Counted from the first letter of the stretch, positions 7,923 through 16,739 are shown. The stretch is DNA of 16,822 nt from Candidatus Rifleibacteriota bacterium (GCA_051747585.1 JBNJGH010000076.1:1-16822), one strand, 5' to 3'. Notes: generated from the letters alone by a model not told the origin. Made by a program: numbers and translations.

Positions 7923-7965
7923 TCTGGTGGTTGAGCGTTAGTCGAAACCACCAGAACTGATTTTT
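7923..7965 (+). terminator. REP-like hairpin, possibly acting as intrinsic terminator of the + operon
   Basis: Perfect 10-bp stem TCTGGTGGTT (7923-7932) / AACCACCAGA (7946-7955), starting 7 nt after the stop and followed by ACTGA-TTTTT (T run 7961-7965). The loop is the reverse complement of TCGACTAACGCTC. Confidence 0.55.
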
Positions 7966-7971
7966 GTAACA

Positions 7972-8054
7972 TGGTCATTTTGACGGGCAGGATGCCCTGA
8001 TACTGGGTCGCATGAGGACACAAAGCGACCCAGTGAGACTAGGTTCAATGACCA
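7972..8054. repeat. Compound/nested palindrome: outer TGGTCATT...AATGACCA enclosing two inner hairpins
   Basis: Outer arms at 7972-7979 and 8047-8054. Inner hairpins are GGGCA-GGA-TGCCC (7985-7997) and ACTGGGTCGC-13nt-GCGACCCAGT (8002-8034). Confidence 0.7.
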
Positions 8055-8061
8055 ACCAATA

Positions 8062-8127
8062 GTCATTTCGACTACGCTCAATGACCAATGGATGGTTGCA
8101 GGGTCCCTTCGACTACGCTCAGGGACC
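8062..8127 (+). repeat. Two REP-like hairpins with identical loop TCGACTACGCTC
   Basis: GTCATT-TCGACTACGCTC-AATGAC (8062-8085) and GGTCCCT-TCGACTACGCTC-AGGGACC (8102-8127). Confidence 0.8.
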
Positions 8128-8135
8128 GCTTAGGG

Positions 8136-8201
8136 TGTCATTACGAGGAAAATGACAGCCTCAAATTGTCATTGCGAGGAGCGCAGCGACGAAGCAATCT
8201 C
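8136..8201 (+). repeat. TGTCATTGCGAGG-type palindromic element: one internally deleted copy and one left-half copy
   Basis: TGTCATT-ACGAGGAA-AATGACA (8136-8157) and TGTCATTGCGAGGAGCGCAGCGACGAAGCAATCTC (8167-8201). The latter resembles a widespread intergenic palindromic repeat similar to Rickettsia palindromic elements. Confidence 0.7.
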
Positions 8202-8306
8202 TGGTATGCTAAAAATTTAGTATATAAGAAAAAATACAAAAATGTCTTGAAACCAGCTAATATTGCTAAATAGATAATTGCTGTCAAAATAACGAAGCTT
8301 TAGTCT

Positions 8307-8774
8307 TCAGTGTTTGTGCTTATGCTTTTTGTTAAAGTAGGCAAGGTTGAATTCTTCAATTAATTTGCCCAGTTTTTTTGCATTTTCAAGCTCAGTTGTT
8401 TGTTTGCATTTCATGGCGGTTACCATAATTTTATGAACAAGTTCGAGCTTGTTTAGATAACCAGCTTTGTTTGTTTCTTTTTCCGAGGGTTTTAATCTCT
8501 GGCAGAGAAAATATTGGCTGCAGATGTCGATTATATCATCTGCATGAAAGTCTTTAGTTGTTGTCCAGCGAACGATCTGGTTGTAATTGGGTTGCCCGGC
8601 TTTGCCAAGTTCAATAATCTGTTTCATGCTTTTGCTTATTGTAGTTACATGCTCGTTCATAACTGAAAAACGAAGGTCATCGGTATAAATACCACATGGA
8701 ACCTGACAGTGAGCAAAAGCTTGAGACATACCTATAATTAGTAAAAAGGCAACGGTTAGAATTGTATTTTTCAT
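8307..8774 (-). CDS. sodN: Nickel superoxide dismutase precursor with Sec-type signal peptide
   Basis: Ni-hook HCQVPCGIY (HCxxPCGxY, 8711-8685) directly follows a 21-aa leader ending in AFA. Also NQIVRW..TKD.HA and KCKQT motifs. AGGAGG RBS at 8784-8779. Confidence 0.95.
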   Translation of the reverse strand: MKNTILTVAFLLIIGMSQAFAHCQVPCGIYTDDLRFSVMNEHVTTISKSMKQIIELGKAGQPNYNQIVRWTTTKDFHADDIIDICSQYFLCQRLKPSEKETNKAGYLNKLELVHKIMVTAMKCKQTTELENAKKLGKLIEEFNLAYFNKKHKHKH

Positions 8775-8823
8775 AAAGCCTCCTGAAAATTTTTTCTGTT
8801 AATCTTAATCTATTCGATTAGAA

Positions 8824-11800
8824 TTAAAGATCAAGACGTTCTATTAAACCGTAAACCGGAATTTCTACCCAATCGGGGCGGTTAGCTATTTCATAATTAA
8901 GTTCGTAGACGGCTTTTTCTATACTGAGAAAAGATACAATTCTTTTGAAGACTCTTTTGTTGTTTGGAACAGATACGCAGTCTTCGGTTTCAGTCAGGTA
9001 ACCATCGAGGAACTTTTGTCCTGCAAGCTTTTCCCATTCTTTAGTGTAGGTTTTCATTAAATCAAATGCTTCAGGGCGATCTTCTCTAACTTTTCGTCTT
9101 GCAGTTTCGGCAGCATAGCTGAAGGAACGCAAAATTCCCGCAACGTCGCGTAAGGGGCAGAACTTTGCAATTCTTTCTTTAAGTGGTCGTGCAGGCTCGC
9201 CTTCAAAATCTATTATTATAAAATCATTGGCAACCAGTAATATTTGTCCCAGATGCAGGTCACCGTGGTGTCTGGTTTTATACAAGCCAGACTTATCAGG
9301 AATAAGAGATCTTATTTTTTCAATTGCAGACTCTTTATTTTCTATGAGCTTGTTTGTTTTTTGTTTTAGCTCTTCATCAAAATCGCCTTGTCGCTTTTTC
9401 AGCACTTCAATTGTTTCTATAAAAGAGGTTTCAATTTTTTCTGACCAGTTTTGCCATTCTTCGGATGTAATAATTTCAGGCTTAAAGTCAGGGTCATCGG
9501 TGTCAGCTGCCAGAGCTTTGTGCATTTGTCCGACCCTCTTGCCTAGAGTTTGCATCATGGTAAGATACATATTGTGAGAAGCTTGCTCTTCTTTGCGCTC
9601 AGGCCGGTCAGGATTTTGTGCCGAGATAACGCAGCTGTCTTCGTATCTTTCAAGATAATCAAGAGTGAAGGTCCAGGCATCATTTTGATTGTCGATGAAT
9701 TCCTGCAAAATACCAAGGGTTATTACCTGGCCGTTTTCCTGTTCGAGCTCGATCGAGCCGGCAACTCGGGCTATATTGTTGAATTCAGGGGCTTCGGTAA
9801 GGTAGCGGCCCATTTGAAGCTCGGGATTCGCCCCTTCCTGAACCTGGCGGTAAATTTTGAAGATGAACTTTTCGCCAAAGAAAATCGATGTGTGGCTTTG
9901 TTCTATTATAGGTCGTCTGACTTCAAGATCAGAAAAGTCTTCTTCATCAGGAAGCAGGCCATTGCTGGTAAAGCTTAGTTTGCCGCTTTCCAGTATTACT
10001 TTTCTTTGCTGCTGCATAAATTTGAGCAAAGCCAGGCAGTATTCGTCACTTATCATTGAGTCTATAAGATAGCCGATCTGGTTTTGCTGTCTGGCTTTTG
10101 CAAGAATCCAGTCTGTTGGAATTTTCAGATCGTCTTCTTTTTCCCACATCAGGTGAATGGGAGTAAAGTATTTCTGGCTGGTGTTGTCGGTAAAATGCCA
10201 GGAGAAAACAGCCAGTAACCAATCGTGGCATTCTTGCTGAGAAATGGTCAGCGCAATGTCTGCTTCAATGTAAGCAACGTCTTTGCCTTTTCCGGCAAAC
10301 CATCTTTTGTTATTTGCATAAAGAATAAGAGCTTCATACAGTAATTTTTCCCGCTTTTTATTATTTAGAAGCTTGTGCAGAACTGCGAGACGCTTTTCTT
10401 CGGGATGGGTTTTAAAAACAAAGACCGGTAGTTCGGAATAGCTGAGAGAATCAGTTTTTTGCCAGGCCGGCCCGTCTGCTTCAAATGAAAGTTCGAAAAG
10501 ATAAAAGCCATAAGAAGACAGACTTAATTGATAGGGCTCCTTGGTTATAGTCGGGAAAGCGTTTTTGCTCAACAGCTCTACCGGTGTAAAACCTTTGAAA
10601 TCCTGAAGATCGATGTGTACGGGTTGTGCCGATCTTGATAAATTTGCTACACAGAGAATGTTGGTGTTTTCAAAACTTCTTATGTAAGCGATTACCTTTC
10701 GGTTTGCCGGTTTTATGAATTCAAAAGTGCCCTGACCAAAAGCATTAAAGTGTTTGCGCACCGAAATCATTTTTTTCATCCAGTTCAGCAGTGAAGCAGG
10801 GGTTCTACTTTGAGCCTCAACATTAACGGCATAAAAGCCTGTAACTGTGCTCATAACCGGTGGCAGAAAAAGGCGCTCAGGATCGGCTGTTGAAAAGCCG
10901 CCATTTCGGTCGGGGGTCCATTGCATCGGGGTTCTCATTCCGTTACGGTCACCGAGAAACATGTTGTCTCCCATGCCTATTTCGTCTCCGTAATAAACTA
11001 CCGGAGAACCTGGCATGGTAAACAGCAGAGCGTTTAAAAGTTCTATTTTGGCCCTGTTATATTCCATTAAAGGGGACAGTCTGCGTCTTATGCCTACGTT
11101 GATTCTGGCTCTCGGGTCTTTTGCATAAACCTGATACATGTAGTCTCGTTCTTTGCTTGTTACCATTTCAAGAGTCAATTCATCATGATTGCGCAAGAAT
11201 ATAGCCCATTGACAATTTTCCGGTATTTCAGGGGTTTGTTTCATTATTTCAACAATTGGAAACCTGTCTTCGAGGGCAAGTGACATATAAATGCGCGGCA
11301 TAAGCGGAAAATGAAATGCCATGTGGCATTCATCATTGTCACCGAAATATTCGGCAGCATCTTCAGGCCATTGGTTCGCCTCGGCGAGAAAAACTCTGTT
11401 TTTATACCTTTTATCAAGCTCTGCGCGAAACTTTTTTATAACGTCGTGGGTTTCCGGAAGATTTTCGCAGCTGGTGCCTTCGCGCTCACACAGATAGGGG
11501 ATGGCGTCGAGGCGAAGGCCGTCGACACCCATGTCAAGCCAGAAACGCATTACACCTATAAGTTTTTTTATTACCTGCGGATTATTAAAGTTCAAATCTG
11601 GCTGGTGAGAAAAAAACCTGTGCCAGTAGTAGGCCTTGGCTATCGGATCCCATGACCAGTTGGAAGTTTCGGTGTCGGTAAAAATTATACGCGCATCTGA
11701 GTATTTATTGTCATCATCATGCCAGACATAAAAATTCCTTTTACTCGATCCCTTTTTGGCTCTTCTTGCCTGTTGAAACCATGGGTGTGTATCAGAAGTG

Positions 11801-12141
11801 TGATTAATTACAAGCTCAATGATAACCCTTATATCTCGTTTATGTGCCTCACGCAGGAACTTTTTGAAATCTTTGAGGGTGCCGTAGTCGGGATGTACGT
11901 TTGTGTAGTCAGATATATCGTAACCATCGTCGCGAAAAGGAGAAGGGTAAAAAGGCAGAAGCCAGATGGCGTTAATTCCCAGATCTTGAATATAGTCGAG
12001 TTTTTGAGTCAGACCCGGGAAATCGCCAACGCCGTCGCCATTGCTGTCATAAAAAGCTTTTACATGAACTTCATATATTATTGCATTTTTATGCCAATGG
12101 GGATCATCGGGCATATTTAGTTTTCTGATTCTACTGTTCAA
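8824..12141 (-). CDS. treS: Trehalose synthase (maltose alpha-D-glucosyltransferase, GH13) fused to maltokinase (Mak/Pep2)
   Basis: GH13 motifs LVINHTSD, GLRLDAIPYL, LAEANQWP and FLRNHDELTLEMV. C-terminal kinase motifs EQSHTS, HGDLHLGQIL, IIDFEGEP and PLRDVAGILRSFSYA. TTG start with AAAGGAG RBS 8 nt upstream; alternative ATG at 12114. Confidence 0.95.
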   Translation of the reverse strand: MNSRIRKLNMPDDPHWHKNAIIYEVHVKAFYDSNGDGVGDFPGLTQKLDYIQDLGINAIWLLPFYPSPFRDDGYDISDYTNVHPDYGTLKDFKKFLREAHKRDIRVIIELVINHTSDTHPWFQQARRAKKGSSKRNFYVWHDDDNKYSDARIIFTDTETSNWSWDPIAKAYYWHRFFSHQPDLNFNNPQVIKKLIGVMRFWLDMGVDGLRLDAIPYLCEREGTSCENLPETHDVIKKFRAELDKRYKNRVFLAEANQWPEDAAEYFGDNDECHMAFHFPLMPRIYMSLALEDRFPIVEIMKQTPEIPENCQWAIFLRNHDELTLEMVTSKERDYMYQVYAKDPRARINVGIRRRLSPLMEYNRAKIELLNALLFTMPGSPVVYYGDEIGMGDNMFLGDRNGMRTPMQWTPDRNGGFSTADPERLFLPPVMSTVTGFYAVNVEAQSRTPASLLNWMKKMISVRKHFNAFGQGTFEFIKPANRKVIAYIRSFENTNILCVANLSRSAQPVHIDLQDFKGFTPVELLSKNAFPTITKEPYQLSLSSYGFYLFELSFEADGPAWQKTDSLSYSELPVFVFKTHPEEKRLAVLHKLLNNKKREKLLYEALILYANNKRWFAGKGKDVAYIEADIALTISQQECHDWLLAVFSWHFTDNTSQKYFTPIHLMWEKEDDLKIPTDWILAKARQQNQIGYLIDSMISDEYCLALLKFMQQQRKVILESGKLSFTSNGLLPDEEDFSDLEVRRPIIEQSHTSIFFGEKFIFKIYRQVQEGANPELQMGRYLTEAPEFNNIARVAGSIELEQENGQVITLGILQEFIDNQNDAWTFTLDYLERYEDSCVISAQNPDRPERKEEQASHNMYLTMMQTLGKRVGQMHKALAADTDDPDFKPEIITSEEWQNWSEKIETSFIETIEVLKKRQGDFDEELKQKTNKLIENKESAIEKIRSLIPDKSGLYKTRHHGDLHLGQILLVANDFIIIDFEGEPARPLKERIAKFCPLRDVAGILRSFSYAAETARRKVREDRPEAFDLMKTYTKEWEKLAGQKFLDGYLTETEDCVSVPNNKRVFKRIVSFLSIEKAVYELNYEIANRPDWVEIPVYGLIERLDL

Positions 12142-12184
12142 TTTTTGTACTCCTTTGCTGCGGCTTATAGCTTATGTTTCAATC

Positions 12185-13900
12185 TTAAAGTATTGCAATA
12201 GTTATGTTGTCTGCACCAGAAATTATTTCATTACCCAAACCAAAGTTATTGTTATTTTGTAACAGAACTTTGCATTTTTTTAACTCTGGTATCTGCAGTT
12301 TGATTTTTTGTTCTTTATTGCCGGTATTGGCAAAAATTACCAATGAACCGTTTCGATAAAAATAAAGATTTTCTTGAAGTTGCCTGAATTCAGGAGTTTG
12401 TTTTCTTAGATTTTTAAGATATTTTTTTCTTAGTTTAATCAACTGTTTATACCAGTCCAACATTTGTCGGTGCTGATCGCCTTCCTGTTCATTCCATTTA
12501 AGAATACTACTTTTAAATGTGTCAGGAGCCTGGGGATCGGGAACTTTTTTGTTCAGCGATGGATATTCCCTCCGGCGACCACGTTTTACCGCACGGGCAA
12601 GCTTTTCGTCGATATGGTCGGTAAAATACAAAAATGGAGTTGAGGCCGACCATTCTTCACCCTGAAACAACATGGGAACGAAAGGAGAAAGAAGCATAAG
12701 GGCGGCTGCCAGCTGGCATTGGCTGAAGCCGGTAAGATGGTTGAGTCGTTCCCCAAGACCTCGGTTTCCTACCTGGTCATGGTTCTGAATCGATACGACA
12801 AAATGTTCCGGCGCAAGGTCATTGGCCTTTCTGCCATGTTTTCTTTTTCGGGATGGAGAATAGACACCATCATAAACAAAATTGTCTTTAAGGCACTTAT
12901 TCAAATCTTTTGCGCCTTCGAAATCGAGGTAATAGTTTTGTTGCTCGCCGGTAAACATAACATGAATAGAATGATGAAAATCATCCATCCATTGGGCTGC
13001 CAGGCCGTAACCACCTTTTTCCCGGCTGTGAAGTAATCTTGGATCGTTAAGGTCTGATTCGGCAATCAAAAAATATTTTCGGCCTGTCTTTTCTTCCAGT
13101 TTTTCTACATTGGCTTGTAATTCTTCAAGAATATGAGTCGCGGAAAAGTCGTAAATTGCATGAACTGCATCGAGACGTAATCCATCAAAATTAAATTTTT
13201 CGAGCCAATGCAAGGCATTTTCAATTACAAATTCTCTTACCTGGTCACTATATTCCCAGTCAAAATTAACGGCTTCGCCCCAGGGGGTGTGGTAGCGACC
13301 GGAAAAATAATGACCATATATACCAAGATAATTTCCATCAGGCCCAAGATGATTATAAACAACATCTAAAATAATTCCCAGGTCTTTGCTATGACATGCA
13401 TCTACAAGTTTTTTGAGGTCGTCTGGCGTCCCGTATTCTTTGTGGGTAGCGAACAGGCTTACCCCGTCGTAACCCCAGCCATGGTGCCCGGGAAAAGCAG
13501 CAACAGGTAAAAGCTCTATGTGAGTTACGCCTAGATCTTTAAGATAATCGAGCTTGTCTATTATTGCGCTAAAGGTCCCTTCGGGAGTAAAGGTTCCAAT
13601 ATGTAGTTCGTATATTATGGCATCTTTAAGTTGACAGGCAGAACAATCTTTGTGCTGCCATTTAAAATTATTCGGCCATTTTTGAGAAAGCCCGTGAACC
13701 CCTTTGGGTTGAAATTCTGATCTGGGATCTGGAAACGGCCCATCGCCATCTATCTTGAAACCATAAGCCAGAGGCGATTTTGCAGCTTTAATTTCCTGTT
13801 GCCAGAAGCCATTTTTATCTGCTTTCATTGCAATCTCTTTATCGTTAACAACTAATGAAACTTTATTTGCTTTGGGTGCCCATACTTTAACTGTTTTCAT
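12185..13900 (-). CDS. treZ: Malto-oligosyltrehalose trehalohydrolase (GH13)
   Basis: Motifs VWAP (CBM48-like N-terminus), IYELHIGTFTPEGTF, WGYDGV, DVVYNHLGPDGNY, GLRLDAVHAI, LIAESD and QNHDQVGNR. ATG 13900 is preferred over TTG 13909 because of the AAAAGGA RBS spacing (13916-13910). Confidence 0.95.
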   Translation of the reverse strand: MKTVKVWAPKANKVSLVVNDKEIAMKADKNGFWQQEIKAAKSPLAYGFKIDGDGPFPDPRSEFQPKGVHGLSQKWPNNFKWQHKDCSACQLKDAIIYELHIGTFTPEGTFSAIIDKLDYLKDLGVTHIELLPVAAFPGHHGWGYDGVSLFATHKEYGTPDDLKKLVDACHSKDLGIILDVVYNHLGPDGNYLGIYGHYFSGRYHTPWGEAVNFDWEYSDQVREFVIENALHWLEKFNFDGLRLDAVHAIYDFSATHILEELQANVEKLEEKTGRKYFLIAESDLNDPRLLHSREKGGYGLAAQWMDDFHHSIHVMFTGEQQNYYLDFEGAKDLNKCLKDNFVYDGVYSPSRKRKHGRKANDLAPEHFVVSIQNHDQVGNRGLGERLNHLTGFSQCQLAAALMLLSPFVPMLFQGEEWSASTPFLYFTDHIDEKLARAVKRGRRREYPSLNKKVPDPQAPDTFKSSILKWNEQEGDQHRQMLDWYKQLIKLRKKYLKNLRKQTPEFRQLQENLYFYRNGSLVIFANTGNKEQKIKLQIPELKKCKVLLQNNNNFGLGNEIISGADNITIAIL

Positions 13901-13905
13901 TTCAT

Positions 13906-16566
13906 TCAATCCTTTTCACTGTTTCTTATAAGTACTGATACAGGGAAATTCTTTATAAGCTCTTTTACTTTAACCGAACCTGATGAATGCTCGGCCTGGG
14001 AAAAAATGTCTAACCATTGGCCCTCAGGTAGAGCTATTCTGGTCGAGCCCCAGTTGTTTTTTAAACTATATTGTAAGCGCGGAATTGCTACAATGACATT
14101 CTCTCCGCGCATGAAGGCAACCAGATAATCAGATTTCGCTCCAAGTACTTCTATTGTTTTATAACTGTCGGGCTCGTTAAATTCCGGGTATTTTTTTCGA
14201 AGTTTGAGAAGGGTTTGTATTATGTATAGCTTCGGCAAGCCTTCTTCGAGATTGAATAAGATTTCCCGGCAGCTTTTTCCTTTAATTTTTGAAATTTCAA
14301 TCATTCGTTTTTTGAAATCTACCGGTCTGCGATTGTCGGGGTCGGTAAGACTGTTATCCCAGAGTTCGGTTCCCTGGTAGATGTCCGGAACGCCCGGAGC
14401 GGTCAGCTTAAGACAAAGTTGAGCCAGAGAATTTATGCGCCCGGGAATTATTAGAGGCTTTACAAACTTTTCAAGCGCTTGAATGAAGTCTTCGTTATCC
14501 AGAACTTTTTGAATGAAATTCATTAAAGCGTTTTCAAACTCGGAATTTGGATCAAACCAGCTGGAATGCACTTTCGCTTCTCTAACTGCCTTTTCCATAT
14601 AACGGGAAATACGTTGTGAGCTGATCGGCCAGGCGCCAACCAGAGTTTGATAAAGAAGGTATTCCGTGTTGGCATCGGGATAAGAGCCCTTTTTGTATTT
14701 CGCATTAATTTCACTGAATTGTTTCAGGGCCTCTTGCCATTCTTCGGGAATTTCGCTGAGCAGATTGATTCTGGCACGAACGTCTTCGCTGCGCTTGCTG
14801 TCATGGGTCGAGCTTGCAAGCATTGTCAGCGGCCAGTCGTGGGCCATTCTTTCGCTCCATTGATGAAACTCGGCCGGCTCAACCCATGGCTGGTCAGGTG
14901 ACCCGCCAACCTCATTCGCACTGGTCAGGGGGTTGTAAATATAAAATACCGTATCTTCAAGACTTTTTGCCATTACCGGGCCGGTGAATTGCTGAAATCT
15001 TCTGACAAAATTGTCTTCTTCTTCACCTCGCAATTTTAATAATAAAATTTCACGAAAGAAATCAAATATATATGAACCCAATTCAGGTTTGTTTTCTTTA
15101 GCCTTCTTGATAGCATTTTCAATCCGTATGGTATCTCTTTCAAGCACTTCGTCAGTTTCAGGTTGAATATAGGTGCGGTAAACTCCTAAAGCTGTGGCTA
15201 CCTCTGTAATTGCCTGGAACAGTTCAGTTCCGGCAAAGTCCCGGTACCTTCGATGATTTTCACATATCATCATCAGATCAGTAGCGAGCCGGTTTATTTC
15301 GCTTCCTAAAAGTTTGTTTATAACTTCTTTCTTTTTATTATAAACAAGATCTTCAAATTCAATATCGAGATCGGTAAAATCATGCCAGATTTTTTCAAGT
15401 TGCTGGTGACCGTCTTTCTCAATGAAAAGGCCGTTGGCCAGATTGAGAAAGTCATAGCCGGTAGTTCCTGAAATCAGCCAGTCCGAGTTTAACTTCTCAT
15501 GCCTTTCAAGTATTTTTTCGGCATAAATTGGAGCATTCGGGCAAGCTCTTCGCAGTCTTAAAAAGTAGCCGGTCGGGTCATAAAGGCCATCGGGATGATC
15601 GACCCTGAAGCCGCTGATTTTATTTTCATTGAATAGTTCGATCACAAGTTTGTGTGAATCTTTAAAAACGGTTTCGTCTTCCATTCGAAGACCAACAAGA
15701 GAATTTATATTAAAAAATCGTCGGTATCCGATCTGATATCTTGACAGTTTCCAGTAGGCCAGCTTATAGCTTTGTTTGCCAATGATTTCGTCGAGAAGTT
15801 CTACATTTGAATTAATTTCTTCGACCGCCTGGTCAATGAGTTTTTCGATATGAAGATTCTGACAAAGATTCTCGAGCATTTCTTCCAATACTGCCTTGTC
15901 ACGTTGGCGCTGTTGTATTTTTTTTATTTCCCGTGAAGATGCGTGAGGCAGGTTTTTAAATGCATTTGCCATGTAACCTATTTCTTTAATATCACTTTTT
16001 TCATAGGCCAGCTCAAGGATTTTGGGTATAGTTCTGGGGGCAAGCGGGAAAATATTTTCATAATAGCGTATAGTAAATTTTCCTCTGTCATGATGTAGTT
16101 TAAGCTCGCCGTTTTCAAGAATAATGCCGTAATGATTGCCTAAAATTGGCAATAGAATGAGGTTTGAACGGTCTTCTGAATCATGGTGCCAGTCAACATC
16201 GAAATATCTTGAATGCTGGCTGGAAGGGCCGTTCTCAAGAACATCCCACCACCATGGGTTTTCGGGGCCGCTGATGGCCATATGATTTGGAACAATGTCC
16301 AGAATTATTCCCATTCCGGCTTCATCGAGTTCGCGGCAGAGTTCATTAAAGTCATATCTGCTGCCAAGTTCTGTGTTGAGCAAATTATGATTGACCACAT
16401 CATAACCGTGAGTGCTCCCGGAAGTTGCCTGCAGGCATGGAGATAAATATAGATGACTTATACCGAGAGCTTTATAAAACTCAAGGTTATCTAATACATC
16501 CTTGAAGGTGAAGCTTGAATTAAGCTGTAGTCGATAGGTTGCACGTGGAAATTGTCTTTGGCTCAT
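13906..16566 (-). CDS. treY: Malto-oligosyltrehalose synthase (GH13)
   Basis: Motifs PRATYRLQ, GSTHGYDVV, DIVPNHM, YRRFFNINSLVGLR, GFRVDHPDGL, EKIL, QQFTGPVMAKSLEDT, STHDSKRSEDVRAR and PGVPDIYQGTE...LTDPDNRRPVDF. Confidence 0.96.
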   Translation of the reverse strand: MSQRQFPRATYRLQLNSSFTFKDVLDNLEFYKALGISHLYLSPCLQATSGSTHGYDVVNHNLLNTELGSRYDFNELCRELDEAGMGIILDIVPNHMAISGPENPWWWDVLENGPSSQHSRYFDVDWHHDSEDRSNLILLPILGNHYGIILENGELKLHHDRGKFTIRYYENIFPLAPRTIPKILELAYEKSDIKEIGYMANAFKNLPHASSREIKKIQQRQRDKAVLEEMLENLCQNLHIEKLIDQAVEEINSNVELLDEIIGKQSYKLAYWKLSRYQIGYRRFFNINSLVGLRMEDETVFKDSHKLVIELFNENKISGFRVDHPDGLYDPTGYFLRLRRACPNAPIYAEKILERHEKLNSDWLISGTTGYDFLNLANGLFIEKDGHQQLEKIWHDFTDLDIEFEDLVYNKKKEVINKLLGSEINRLATDLMMICENHRRYRDFAGTELFQAITEVATALGVYRTYIQPETDEVLERDTIRIENAIKKAKENKPELGSYIFDFFREILLLKLRGEEEDNFVRRFQQFTGPVMAKSLEDTVFYIYNPLTSANEVGGSPDQPWVEPAEFHQWSERMAHDWPLTMLASSTHDSKRSEDVRARINLLSEIPEEWQEALKQFSEINAKYKKGSYPDANTEYLLYQTLVGAWPISSQRISRYMEKAVREAKVHSSWFDPNSEFENALMNFIQKVLDNEDFIQALEKFVKPLIIPGRINSLAQLCLKLTAPGVPDIYQGTELWDNSLTDPDNRRPVDFKKRMIEISKIKGKSCREILFNLEEGLPKLYIIQTLLKLRKKYPEFNEPDSYKTIEVLGAKSDYLVAFMRGENVIVAIPRLQYSLKNNWGSTRIALPEGQWLDIFSQAEHSSGSVKVKELIKNFPVSVLIRNSEKD

Positions 16567-16641
16567 AAAAATCTCTCTTTTTCGGATTTCTGACTTAATT
16601 TTTCAATTTGTCGGGTTTCTTGTTTGTATCTAATTCCCAAT

Positions 16642-16670
16642 ATTATAAAACAAACATTATATTATGCCAA
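16642..16670 (-). promoter_or_regulatory. sigma70-type promoter for the treY-treZ-treS(-sodN) operon
   Basis: On the - strand, TTGGCA (16670-16665), a 17-nt spacer, then TATAAT (16647-16642), ~75 nt upstream of the treY ATG. Confidence 0.65.
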
Positions 16671-16739
16671 GCCACTCAACTAATCCCAGCAATTCTCGGT
16701 CAGCGACTATCAGTTGGTTTCAGAAAAGAAAATTCCTCA

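Noticed and set aside
7923..8201. CRISPR array, tRNA or integron attC interpretation of the hairpin cluster
   Set aside because: The shared part is only ~12-14 nt, with irregular spacing and mixed orientation. There is no cloverleaf, no properly placed RYYYAAC/GTTRRRY pair, and no cas or integrase gene.
8205..8224. AT-rich inverted repeat as sodN terminator
   Set aside because: Weak stem with a mismatch and a tiny loop, and no adjacent U-tract on the - strand.
8088..8273. 61-aa ORF (…PSTTLRDR…LSLRGAQRRSNL…)
   Set aside because: It is the translation of the palindromic repeats plus AT-rich spacer, has no convincing RBS, and is a typical repeat-derived false ORF.
9880..9905. EQSHTS instead of the usual EQSNTS/EQSNSS in the maltokinase domain as a sign of inactivation
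   Set aside because: The catalytic HGDLHLGQ and DFEGEP motifs and the Lys of KIYR are intact. One substitution is insufficient evidence.
9227..16446. Short ORFs overlapping treS/treZ/treY (e.g. 9550-9978, 11719-12120, 12719-13036)
   Set aside because: They are shadow ORFs of well-conserved GH13 genes.
16686..16723. TCAG recurring at 10-nt period (16700, 16710, 16720)
   Set aside because: Only 4 nt are conserved over three copies, which cannot be distinguished from chance.
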